Notes under the pieces: generated by a model | Seen by the model: the letters and a program-made list of their open reading frames with translations, nothing else | Database searches by the model: none | Told to the model about the DNA's origin: nothing | Position numbers and translations under genes: made by a program | Shown here: piece by piece, positions 11,061 through 23,100 of the stretch | Layout of the letters: each line of letters starts with the position of its first letter | Position numbering within the stretch: position 1 is the first letter of the stretch | NCBI GenBank assembly: GCA_016748015.1 | Contig: JAAOMT010000324.1 | Span: 62,001 to 126,000, forward strand | Direction of reading: 5' to 3' | Length of the DNA stretch: 64,000 bases | From: Geosiphon pyriformis uo1 | Lineage: Eukaryota > Fungi > Glomeromycota

Positions 11061-14000
11061 GTATGTAATTTTCCTAATTTGTAGTGTACAACATATTTAT
11101 AATCAGCAAAAAAATCAGTTTATTGGAATTATTCTGTACTAAGTTCTGATCTTTTTTTGTTAAATTATTTAAAATCAATATTATTAATTATAATGTCAAA
11201 TTTTTTTTTATTTTGTAGATATTGTTAAAAGTATTTTAGAACTTAGATAACAGCTGCTGTTTTTAATTCAGTAGAATCATATTTGAATTCTGTTGGCTTG
11301 AGTGTTTTACTAGCATATATGATTACTTATTTATTGTCATTGTTATCTATTGTAATAAAACAACACCAAAAGCTATGTGTAAAGTATTGGTAATTAACTA
11401 AAATCGTTTGCTAAAATTCATATAGGTAAAAATTGAAGTTGTAATGAGTTTTTTTTAAGAGTGTTAAATGCTTGTTGTTAGATTTGTGTTTATTAGTATT
11501 TTATATTTTTGTTGATTAGATAATTAAGTAATTTAGTAATTTCTGAAAATTTTTTAATAAATTTCTAATAATAAGAGACTAATCTTATAAATCTTCTTAG
11601 TTTTGTAATATTTTGTGAGATTTGAAAATTTTTAACAGTACTAATTGTTTTTAGATTGGATTGAATTCTATTTTTGCTAATAATATGTTCAAGAAAAATC
11701 AAACTTTTTTTTTTAAAGTAATATTTTTCAATATACAATTTTTATTTTGCTTTTTATAATTGTTGAAAACTTTTTGCAGATGGATTAAATAAGTTTCAAA
11801 ACTTGGTAAATAGATATTAGCATCATTAAGATAAATAACTACTAATTGTCATAAAAATTTTTTTTAATCAACATTTATAAGTCTTTAAAATATTGCTGGT
11901 GTATTACAGAATTCAAAAAGCATTATATTAAATTTGTAGTTTTTTTTTTAAATAGTAAAGACTGTTTTGAGATAGTTTTTAAAATCTATTTCAACTTGTT
12001 AGTATTTGTTTTTTAAGTTTAAAATTAAAAAGAGCTTGACTTTTCCAAGAGAATTTAGCATATTATCAATTCTTGGAAGAGAATATATATCTCCAATTAT
12101 TACATTATTAAGTTAATAATAATTTACATAAAATCTGATTTTGCTATTTTTTTTTTAATCAGGACTATTAGTAAAACTCATGAACTTCCTAATAGTTGAA
12201 TAAGACTATTATTGAACATTTATTGCATTTTTTCTTTAATAAATTGATGATTAGTTGGTAATATTTGATAAGTTTGTTAACATTTTAGTGGAGCATTTCT
12301 TGTATAAATTTGATGCTGCATAATATTGGTATTTCTGAGATTACTGTTATCTCTGGCAAATATATTAGCATATTTAACAATTAATTATTTCAGTTGTTTT
12401 TGTTATTAGAGTTCTAAGAAACCTATATTGATTTAAAAAAAAAATTTTTCAATGTTATAGTAGTTTTTGATAGTAGAGAAAATATTTGGGTTTAAGAAAA
12501 GAATGTGTTTTATGATTCTAGGAAAATTAAAAACAATTTGAAAAATTTTATTTTGAAAAATATTGCTATGTATAATTTTAATTTCTAATTTATTTAGTAA
12601 AATAATAAAGTGATTATTGGGATTGTAAAATATAACTTAAAACTTTTTTATCTTTTTTGAAATACAAACATTTAGAATTAAGATTTTATATTTAAACAAA
12701 CTTGTTCATTTGATTCAAAAATTTGTTGAGTGGTAGTTGGTTTTGGACAAATATAAATCTTATAATGTTCTCTAAAAAGTGAAATAGTAATTAGTTGGGA
12801 GAATTGAAGAATTTGATAAGACTTATTTTGTATATTAAGAGTTATATTTACTAAAATGATAAATTGTTTTGTTGAACCAAAACTTTGGATTCCTTTATTA
12901 CTTTTGCCTAATTGTTCTCTTGCTATAACTAATTGTAAATTCGAAATGTTGATTAAGAGTAAATTAATAGCTTGAGCAATTTTCTTAGTATGTTCAATAT
13001 TAAATAGTTTTTTAGTTTCATTTTGTAGTATGACTATAATGGTTTTAGTGTATTCTATATTAATAACTTTTTTTCTAATGTTAATTTCTTTGCTGGCCAA
13101 AAATAATTGAAAAACAATTTGGATCATTGTTTCTGGTGGTATTTTAAGGGCAATTTTAAGATTGATTTTTGTTAGAGACTTGAATTAAAAAACCAGAGTA
13201 TCTTTGCCTAGGTATTTTAGTTTATATTCAGTATTAATTTTGTGGGCTTTTTCTGACTTGATTCTTTGATTATTATTGTTGAAATACTTGAATTGTATGG
13301 CAAATTGATTTTTAATTAGATATATCAATATTGTTGCAATTTTTTTTCTGGCTTAGATTCTTCAAATTTGATTTTATGCTTATCATTTTTACTAAACAAG
13401 AAGATACTAAAAATATATTATTCTGAATACTATTAGTTATAATAAGATATAACACATTTTTTGTTTTAATTGGTAAATTTGAGCTTTTTTGGTCAGATAA
13501 ATATAACTTGTAATTTGGTAGTATACTTCTACTTTATTTTTATAGTTGTATTTAGCAATTTTAAAAGTGTATTTGATGTATTTAGCTTTTTTTATTTGGT
13601 AAACATCTTCTTGGATTCTTTTATTAATTAAAATTATAGTCAGTTTATAGATTATTTTAGTATCATGTAAATAATAATAGAGTTTATTAAGAGCACTATT
13701 ATAAGCAGCATTAAATAAAGTTCTTTTTTTCATTTTTTTTACAATTAATAAGACATATTAACATGTTTGATCACATACTTCTCCTTTTATTATAACATCA
13801 ATTTAGTTGTATTCTTTAAGTAATAGTTTTTTACAAATAAAACATAGAGTATTGTCTTATTTTTTGCTTTATTTGGGATATTCAAATCATTTTTAATGGC
13901 AAATCTTTTAGTAATAGCAAATATATGTCTCATATTTTTTTTTAGTAATATACAAGTTTTTATAGATAAAAGCTTTTTATTACAATCTTTATATTTAAGT

Positions 14001-14469
14001 AAAATATAAAATGATTGTTTTTGTGGTTCTAATTTAAAATAGTGAACAATATTTCAATTACTAGTTTTTTTAAAGATTTTTTGTTCTGTTTTTTTGGCCC
14101 AATTAGATATTAATCTAAAAGCCATATAGGTTTTAGTAATTGGCATTTTTTTCTTCTCTTTAAATTTGAACACAGAGGTTTTTTCTGATTATTTGTTAAA
14201 AATACCATAAATAGTAGGTATTTTGGTGTATTGTTCTTGATATAAGATTTTGAGTTTCTGAGTTTTCTAATCTAAGTTTGCATTGGCTTTGAAAAACTAA
14301 TTGTTTCTAATAAAAGCTTGGTATTAAGATGCATCTATGACTAGAATTTTAATTAGAATAGTAATTCTATTAATTTTTTTTATTGGTGTTTTTTTATACT
14401 ATTCACTATAATAATAACTGTTTGAGCAGGTCTGTTAATGTTTTGTTATAGCTGTTGTATTAACTAATA
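11061..14469 (-). mobile_element. Internal fragment of gypsy family B (PR end, Cys-rich module, dUTPase, RT, RH), heavily decayed
   Basis: Reverse complement is collinear with ~22260-25710 of element B2; ORFs 12678-13127 (dUTPase, KIAQAI, GIQSFGST) and 13437-13733. Confidence 0.9.
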
Positions 14470-15623
14470 CAGTCAAAGAGATTTTAAATTTCGTAAATCA
14501 ATTCTGGAATAATTCACAAAAAATTCTTGTAATCTAATTGGTGTTCAGCATTATTAGCATAGAAAATTTAATAATACTTTATTGATCAAATATTTCAAAT
14601 AAAAATCGAAACTAACAGTAAAAACATACTTTTATAAACACAAAGTTTTAGAATCCATAAAGATCCACACAACTTTACATAGTAGTTTTTTATTAAATTG
14701 GATTTAAAATTACGTTTTGCTTTATAATAAATGCCAAAGACTTATCCTGTTTATTTGAATTTCTTACCAGTGAATATGACAAAAGTTAATTAGTAAAATA
14801 TGAGACCAAAGAAAGTCAAAAATGGTGACATGTATTAGTTAGTATTGCAGCAAAAAGAATAATAGAAATAACTAAGTATCTTTCTAGATTAACTATATTA
14901 CTTGACTCTCTAAACAATTACTCTTTATGTGAAAGACATTATAATCAGATTGTTGTTAAAAAGTCTTTTATTAAACGAATTACTAAATTAAATGATTCAA
15001 CTTTTTTAGATTTAGAAAAAACAGAAAGAAAAAGACCAAGACTTTCTAATGATAACAAGTTGTTAGAATTAAAAAAAACTTTTTCTGATTTTGGAGTCCA
15101 AGTATGAAGTTTATATAAAACAGATACAGGAGTTAGAAGATATTAATCAGCAATTATTATCTGAGAATGCGACATTAAAGAAGCAATTAGATAAAGCATT
15201 TAATAATCAACAAGATCATATTAAATCTATAACAGAAATTGCCAAAAGAGAATGAAGTAATTTGTATAATGATATAATAAATTTAAAAAAAAATCATGAA
15301 CATTTTAGTCTAGATAGTTTTTTAGAGTATTGTCCTTTAACATGACTTGCAAAATGAAATCCAGTCATTGTAAAATTTATTGAAACTCTTACTCATAATG
15401 AAGATGAATATCAAAATGAAGAGAAAAAGCTTTTTAAATGTGTTGTAGCAGTTGATGCTATATACGGATCAAGGCACTTAAAATATGTTTCTGCTATTAA
15501 TTTAGCCATTTCAGCAATCAAATATTCAGTAGCAAGATCAAAAATAGTTATTGATATTGATAATCATATTATAAATTCCGGTTGCTATAAAAAGTTTACT
15601 AACTGGTTAGAAAGTTTGGCTAT
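14470..15623 (+). mobile_element. Truncated putative DNA transposon (5' part of a transposase-like pseudogene from 14731)
   Basis: Begins TA|CAGTC where family-B homology stops. Decayed frame MPKTYPVY..QKW..YSLCERHYNQIV..NPVIVKFIETLT..LAISAIKYSVARSKIVIDIDNHIINSGCYKKFTNWLESLA, cut by an LTR at 15624. Catalytic core and right TIR absent. Confidence 0.55.
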
Positions 15624-16586
15624 TGTTATTGGAGGTTTTTGGTCTCTTTTCTTGAATGTTGTTAATGCTTGTCTGTTGCTAATTTCACGTTTTCTGGAAG
15701 CAGTTGAATCTCCAATAACCGAATTTATTTTCAAATTATCTTCTGTAATCTGAACTGCTGGGCTTATAAGTGGAATGGCCAATTCCGTGCCAGTTACTTT
15801 GTGTAGTTATGTTGTAGTAAATGTCAACTCTTTCTCAGGAATTGCTTGCCTAGAAGCTCACTAAAAATGTGTAGTTACTTTGCTGTGAAAGTCAACTCTT
15901 CTACAGAAATCTTGTCTGTAGGCTACCCTAATGATTATGATAAGAAAAAGTAAAAGAAAAATAAAGAAATATAAAAGAAAATAGAATTGTCAAGAAAAAC
16001 GTTTTCTATTCAGGCCTGGAATCACTAACAGTTTATTGAAATTGGTAGCTAATCAATTTCAAAATGTTAGTTTGTGTTGAGGGAATTTCAAGTGTAATAA
16101 TTAAAGGATTTGGTTTTCGAATATTTAATTTTTATTTGAAATATGTAAAAAATGATTTGTTCCAATTAAGATATCTGAAGTAAAATACTATGTTATGCTA
16201 CTATAAGAAAATACATTTTCTTGAAGAGAGAAGCTCTTCTTTTATACAACTTGTTGTAGTACTAGTTTTTGAACTTGCACTTTTCTCTTTGCTATAATTT
16301 GGGTAAACTAAAGATATATTTTGGCAAATTACAAGTTATTTCACTGAACTATTGATTATTTCGGCCAATTTTCATTAATTTCGGCGAATTTTGACTATGT
16401 TAAATGGTTCAGGGTATTGTGTAATTTGATCATTTTAATTTCTATAGTATAAATCGGATTATTGATTGAGTAATAATATTTGATATTTTATTAAATAATA
16501 AATGATAATCGAAATAATGCTAATTAATAATAGGAATTATGAGGGTAATTTCATGCTAATTAATAGCTAAGATTCTACTGGTAACA
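15624..16586 (-). repeat. 3' LTR of B1 (963 bp)
   Basis: TGTTACCAG...AATAACA on - strand; PPT GAGGAGAAG at 16591-16599; homologous to 19025-20097 and 28041-28991. Confidence 0.93.
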
Positions 16587-17274
16587 TAATCTTCTCCTCA
16601 AGACTGAGCTCTGTCAAAGTCCAAGCACTATCTGTGATGTCAAGATAGTAGTCCAAAATAATTGAAGTGATTTGGTCTGAAAATTGTTGAAATTTCAGTT
16701 CTGTAAGCTTTCCAATGTATTGAATCTTTATTAGATAAAGTATTGAATTTTGTAGGATGTTTTCACAAGTGTTGAATAATTCATAAAGTCTAAATACTGC
16801 TCTAAGTTTGTAATGGGTGTTTATTGGTCCAGCTGCTGTTTTGAATTCATTGTGAATTTGTTTTTGTATAGTCTCAGGAGTAATGTTGGTTGCTTCAAGT
16901 TCCAGTTTTCGTTCATAAAGTGTTTTTCTAATATGAAAATATCTATATATAAGAGTATGTTTATTGTTCTGTTCATTAAAAAATAGTAGAAGTTTTTGTT
17001 GAATTGTGGCATTTGGTGGAATGTCAATAGGGGCAGATAAAAAGTTTTCTTTTAGTGCTTGCTTCAAAAGTTCTGGTAATTGATTTCCAGAATAACTTTT
17101 TGTTTTTCTTCTATAGGGGTGATAATTCTGAGAATTATTTACTACTGGTGTTGTAGTTTCTTTTTGAGTGTAATTAATTTGACTTCCATTAATCGTTATA
17201 GATAGGTCAGGAAGTGTTTTCAAAGCTAACATTAATTTTTGGGATATCTGTTGAATATTTCGGAGAATAATCAT
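16567..17274 (-). CDS. Accessory ORF3 of gypsy family B (235 aa, unknown function, reading frame open)
   Basis: Open ORF between integrase and LTR, overlapping the PPT; a same-length disrupted copy lies at 27353-28060; homologs in families A and C. Confidence 0.8.
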   Translation of the reverse strand: MIILRNIQQISQKLMLALKTLPDLSITINGSQINYTQKETTTPVVNNSQNYHPYRRKTKSYSGNQLPELLKQALKENFLSAPIDIPPNATIQQKLLLFFNEQNNKHTLIYRYFHIRKTLYERKLELEATNITPETIQKQIHNEFKTAAGPINTHYKLRAVFRLYELFNTCENILQNSILYLIKIQYIGKLTELKFQQFSDQITSIILDYYLDITDSAWTLTELSLEEKIMLPVES

Positions 17275-19024
17275 AGTAAAAGTAATTAACTACTAATAAA
17301 GAAAATTATTTTTGAGTATGAGATTTTATTTGTTTTTGGGTTTGAATGTTTTTTGTAATTATTTACTATTTTTGTTTTATGTTTTGTGTATTTTTAAAAG
17401 GATTATTATAAAAATGTTAAATTAAGTGTTCAAGTTTGGTTGTTGTTCTATTATAACTATTGGTTCTAAATTTTGGGAAATATTTTTAGGATTAATTAAA
17501 GAGGAATGTGTACCAATTTGTGAAATTAATGGTTTAGAATTGTTTCTGAAATAATAATGTTTTAATTGATCTCCATTTGCAACTTTTGCTAGTACTTTGC
17601 TATTAAGTTTTAACTTGTATAATCTATTGCCTAGAATTTCGTAAATATAAAATGGTTTATTCTATTTATGTTCAAATTTTTTACTCTATTGTTTTCAGCT
17701 TTAGTTCTGTGTAATAGAACTTTATTTCCAATTTTAAATTCATTGGTGATTGGTAGCAGTTTGTTGTCATGTCTTTCTTTTTGTAAGGCTTGGAAGTATT
17801 CAATATGAGAGACTGCTATGTGTTTTTTTTCTTTCAATGTATTAAGGAAAGTATAGGCTTTTTTTTGGAGTGTTTTTTAAAAGTTTTCTTTATTGATTGG
17901 TTGTACTGGGTATGTTTTTACTGTGAAATTAATTGGTAGTGTTGCTGTCCTTCCATAAGTAAAATCAAATGATATGTGTTTTGTAGTATTCTGTTTTAGT
18001 GTTCTGTAGGCTAATAATACTGATGAAATAAAAATATCTCATTCCTGCTCAAAATCTGTTGAGACTTTGGCTAAAGATTCACACAATTTTCTGTTAAAAC
18101 ATTCTACAAATCTATTTGTTTGGGGATAATAAGGTAATGATAAAGATCTTTTAACATTAAATTATTCACAAATTTTTTGTATTAAGTTGGTCACAAAATG
18201 TGTTTCTTGATCAGATAAAAGTTCAATTGGGCATCTATGTCTACAAATAATGTCTTCATAGATAAAATTTGCTACTAATTTTGCATCTGCTCTTTGGATG
18301 GTTTTAGCTTCAAGCCATTTGGTAAGATAATCTACTGCAACTGCAATATAACGATTTCCTTGGGTTGTAATAGATAATGGTCCAACTAAATCAATTTCAA
18401 CTCTGTCAAAAAGTTGTCCAACTTTGATTGGATTTAAAAGTTCTGTGGAGCAAGTTCCTTCTCTTCTTTAACAACTATCACAAGATTCTACATATTATAT
18501 AATGTTTTTTTGCATGTGGAACCAAAAATAATGTTCAAGAGTTCTTTGGATTGTTTCATCTCTTCCCAAGTGTGCTAAAGAAAGATCTGTGTACATGTTG
18601 TATAAAATTGTTTTTTTTTTGTTTTCTTGTACTAATCTAAATAGTTGGTTTAGATTTCTGTGATTTTTGTAATAAATTTTGTTGTGGTGTATGAAATATT
18701 GTTTGGATTGATGTGGTAATCAATGTTTTTTACTTGGAGACCAATTTTTTAGCATGGTAAGAATCTCTAAATAATTTTTGATGTTATTGTGGATTGAAGT
18801 AACAAGCTAACAGATAATAAGGGAAAACAAGCTTGTAGGGTAATGGAAATAATTAAAAAAAAATTACAATAAGAGAGCAAATTGAATGAGTAAGGATTCA
18901 ATATACATGATCAGTCTCATAAAAATTACAGTTATAAATCTTTTTTGGAAATCTGAAGGTAAAAGAATAATCTGTAATTGTCAACAAAATAATATTACTA
19001 CTATTATTCTATGTCTCAACTCGG

Positions 19025-19645
19025 TATTACCAGTAGAATTTTAGCTATTAATTAGCATGAAATTATTCTCATAATTTCTATTATTAATTAGCATATAACA
19101 TTATCATTTCAATTATCACTTATTATTTAACCAAATTATCAAATATTATTATTCAATTAATAACTCGATTTGTACTATAAAAATTAAGATGATCAAATTA
19201 CACAATACCCTGAACCAGTTAATATAGTCAAAATTGGCCGAAATTGATAAAAATTGGCCAAAATAATCAATAGTTTGTAGAAATAACTTGTAGTTTGCCA
19301 AAATATATCTTTAGTTCGCCAAAATTAGAACAAAGAGAAAAGTACAAGTTTAAAGACTAGTACTACAACAAGTTGTATATAAGAAGAGCTTTTTTTTTCA
19401 AGAAAATGTATCATTTCATAATATTTTACCATAGTATTTTACTTTAGATATCTTAATTAGAACAAATTATCTTTTATATATCTCAAATAAAAATTAAATA
19501 TTCAAAAACCAAATCCTTTGATTATTACACTTGAAATTTTCTCAACACAACTAACATTTTGAAATTGATTAGCTACCAATTTCAGTAATCTGTTAGTGAC
19601 TTCAGGATAAAAAACGTTTCTTTTGTTAGAATTCTATTTTTTTTG

Positions 19646-19690
<45 letters not shown>

Positions 19691-19746
19691 NNNNNNNNNN
19701 NNNNNNNNNNNNNNNNNNNNNNNNNNNNNNNNNNNNNNNNNNNNNN

Positions 19747-19781
<35 letters not shown>

Positions 19782-20097
19782 TATAATTATTAGGGTAGCC
19801 TACAGACAAGATTTCTGTAGAAAAGTTGACTTTCACAGCAAAGTAACTAGACATTTTTAGTAAGTTTTCAGATGAGCAATTTTTAGAAAAAAGTTGACAT
19901 TTACTACAATGTAACTACATAAAGTAATTGGTAAGGAATTGGTCATTTCACTTATAAGTCCAGCAGTTCAAATTATAGGAGATAATTTGAAAATAAATTC
20001 AGTTATTAGAAGTTTAACTGTTTTCAGAAAACGTAAAATTAGCAACAGACAAACATTAACAGCATTCAAAAAAAGAGACCAAAAACCTTTGGTAACA
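19025..20097 (+). repeat. 5' LTR of B2 (contains assembly gap)
   Basis: TATTACCAG...GGTAACA; direct repeat of 28041-28991. Confidence 0.93.
19691..19746. other. Assembly gap (56 N) inside a poly-T tract
   Basis: Run of N flanked by long T homopolymers; LTR sequence is collinear across it. Confidence 0.99.
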
Positions 20098-20144
20098 TTT
20101 GGTGTTCTCTCATAGAAATAACACAGCAATAACAAAATTCAAAG

Positions 20145-23100
20145 TGGTGACCACATCAGACACAACAATTCTAAAATATTATTAGTTAATTTACACTTAC
20201 TGCAAGCAAAGATTCAACATCCAAGACGGAATTGAAATTTTCAAGAAATCACTATACCAATATATTGAAAACTGTATTAACAATTATTTTTTTGAAAACT
20301 ACAACATTTCAAAAATTAGAAACAACCTCTACAATAATTTATTGCACTATTTACGATTGGAAACAGAAGACCTGAACAATGAAACACTTGGCATCTATTT
20401 CCAAGAACTTAACTTTAACATTATTCAGTATTGTAAAGAAAAATACTTAGTACAAGCCAAATACTCTCTTGACTTTGAATCAGAAACAGAAACAAACAAC
20501 AAAAGCAACCAAAAAATGAAACAATACTCAAAAACTACTTCAAACACTCCAAGTACACCAAAAATAACTGTCAAACACTTGCAAACTCTAGAACAAGAAA
20601 TCAGCACCAAACTTTCACTCTCAGTTATCTCATTTCTAATTTTACTTGCTCAACCACAAACACCAAATTCACTACTTATCTATTTCTCAAGACTAGAAAA
20701 TTTTCAGTTACCTAAAAGTCTTATTGAACAACAAAAACCCATATCAACCAACACCAATATTATTAATTACTTACAAAAAAATGAAAATAATTATTTAGAG
20801 AACTTGGAAAGTGAAAAAACTAAATCAAAACAAGAAGAAACCACAAAAAATAAAAAATAAATAGCAACTGCTTACATTGCAAAGATTCCGGAATTTACTG
20901 GTAAAGATAATGATACTAGTTCACAAGAATGGCTTGACAAAGTTCAGAAAGCAGGAGATGCAAATAGATAGAATGCAGCAAGAATGCTTAAAACAATCCC
21001 ATACTTTCTCCAAGAAACAGCAGAAAAATGGTTTGAAAACTTGGATGCACCCTTTAAAAACTGGCAAGCATTCAAAAATGTTTTTTTACAACAATTTACT
21101 GACAACAACACATCTATTACTCTCCAAAATTGGTTCTGAAATATCAAACAAGAACCAAGTAAATTAGTTATAATTTACTTAGAAAAGTTCAACAAACTTC
21201 TCAGAAAAATTTGCCAGTTGAAAACCAATGAATACTATTTTAATACCCAAATTTTGGATTAATTTATCACTAGATTAAAAGATAAACTTATAAAAAAAGT
21301 GTGTCTACATTTACCTGAAGATTTGGTCACTGCTATTTAACATATAAAGAACTATAAAATGGCTATAAAAAAAGCCAACTACACAAAACTTGTGAATCTT
21401 GTCATTGGAGAAACCAGCTCAGCAGCTGAAAAAAATTGACCAACTCATAAAAAAAATTGAAAACTATTTCACCAACCAACAACAGCAACAACAAATGCAA
21501 AGATATTAGCCACCATAATAACAAAACCAAAACAACTACTCTTTATTATCCAACAATCAATCACAAAACTGTTACTATTGTGGGATTTTAGGACATTGGA
21601 AACAAAACTGCAGAAAGCTACAAAGAGACCAATAAAACAGGAGTAATTAATGTTACTTTTCAACACAGCAATCTCATTATCAGTCTCCACTACCAGCCTA
21701 CTATTCCTTAAAATTTCAACAGCAAAGCAATTACTATTAACCTGTTTCACAGCAGCAATATCAACAACTTCTACCAATTCAACAATATCAACAACCACCT
21801 ACACAACAATATTAAGTACCAGTCCACAGATTGGTTCAATAAAGCCAATTCACATCTTAAAATCAATTCAAAATAATAACAACAGAATCAATCCAAACAA
21901 CCAGTTAGTTCCCTAAAATTCTGATTAGCAAAGACCCAATCATTATTACACTCAACCCAGTTATTTTACAATGCCAAAAGAATCGAATTTTCAACAAACT
22001 GCACTTTTTGAAGGTGAAACTGCAACACCAAAATCAAACTCTTCCAACAATATTATTCCATCAGCCCAAATTGCTCAAAATACCAATCTTTCAGACATAT
22101 TTCCATTTAAATTCGAAGCAAATAAATTACCATTCTTGCTTAGCAATGCAGCAGTTAATGAACAGAAAGCAATTACAGCAATATATACTGAAGCTAAAGT
22201 AGAAGAGAAACCAATTCAGTTAATTTTGGATAGTAGATTAGCTGAAAGTATTATCACCTACCAATTAATACAACAGTTTTAAAGAACTGTTAACAGACCA
22301 GTTCAAACTGTAATTATTATAGCTAATGGCATGAAGAAAACCCCAGTAGAAAAAATTGACAACTTCTCATTTATCATTAATGGAATCACCATTCCAGTCA
22401 AAATTCTAGTTATGAATGCACCCCAATACCAAGCTTTTGTCAAAAATAATTGGCTTCTCAAAGCCAATGCAAATTTAGATCGAAAAATCCAAAAATTGAA
22501 AATTTTATACCAAGAACAATACACCAGAGTACCTATTACTTGTGATATTTTTAATAAAAAATTTGAAAAAGCCCAGTATTCGAATTTGAAGAGAATAAAG
22601 AATTACCAATCATTAAAACCTTTATGGCTCTTGGATTACCATCCAATTGGGCTAAGGAAACAAAACAAAAAAGCTTTAAAGAAATCAAAAGATAGAATAT
22701 AGTTAGATATTCTACACCAGAACTATGGAAACAACCACCTTACATTTTACTTAAATACAAAGATTGTAAAAAAAAACTTTTATCAATAGAAGTATGTATT
22801 TTTCTAAAAGAGAAATATGAAACTCACATTTGCTACTTTTGCAAAGCATGTCATAGAGAATTATTTGGATATTTCAAAAGAAGCAGAAAATGAAACAACA
22901 CTCCTTGTCTTATATGTGGAAATATGCTACCAGAAAAATGCAACTGGATTGATGTTGTAATGAAAGGAGAAGTATGTGATCAAACCTGTCAATATGCTCT
23001 ATTAATCTCGAAAAAAGTCAGAAGAAAAACTCTTTTTGATGCAACATACAACAGTGCTCTCAACAAATTATATCACTATTTTCATAATGTTAAAATAATC

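Larger units (their letters stand above)
15624..18790 (-). mobile_element. 3' half of gypsy family B copy B1 (integrase, ORF3, PPT, 3' LTR)
   Basis: Reverse complement is collinear with ~25820-28991; integrase remnants at ~17422-18790. Confidence 0.93.

Noticed and set aside
15585-15782. 65-aa ORF in the B LTR
   Set aside because: It lies in U5, its ATG is absent in the other B LTR copies, and it runs out into flanking DNA.
16567-17274. ORF3 as an envelope gene
   Set aside because: Too short, with no signal peptide, transmembrane segment or fusion-protein features visible.
11061-18790. The two minus-strand B fragments as one rearranged element
   Set aside because: They are nearly complementary in coverage, but the order is wrong and mutation loads differ; more likely separate copies.
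19630-19780. Long poly-T as a retroposed tail or a misjoin
   Set aside because: It corresponds to the T/C-rich tract in the other B LTRs, and the flanks are collinear across the gap.
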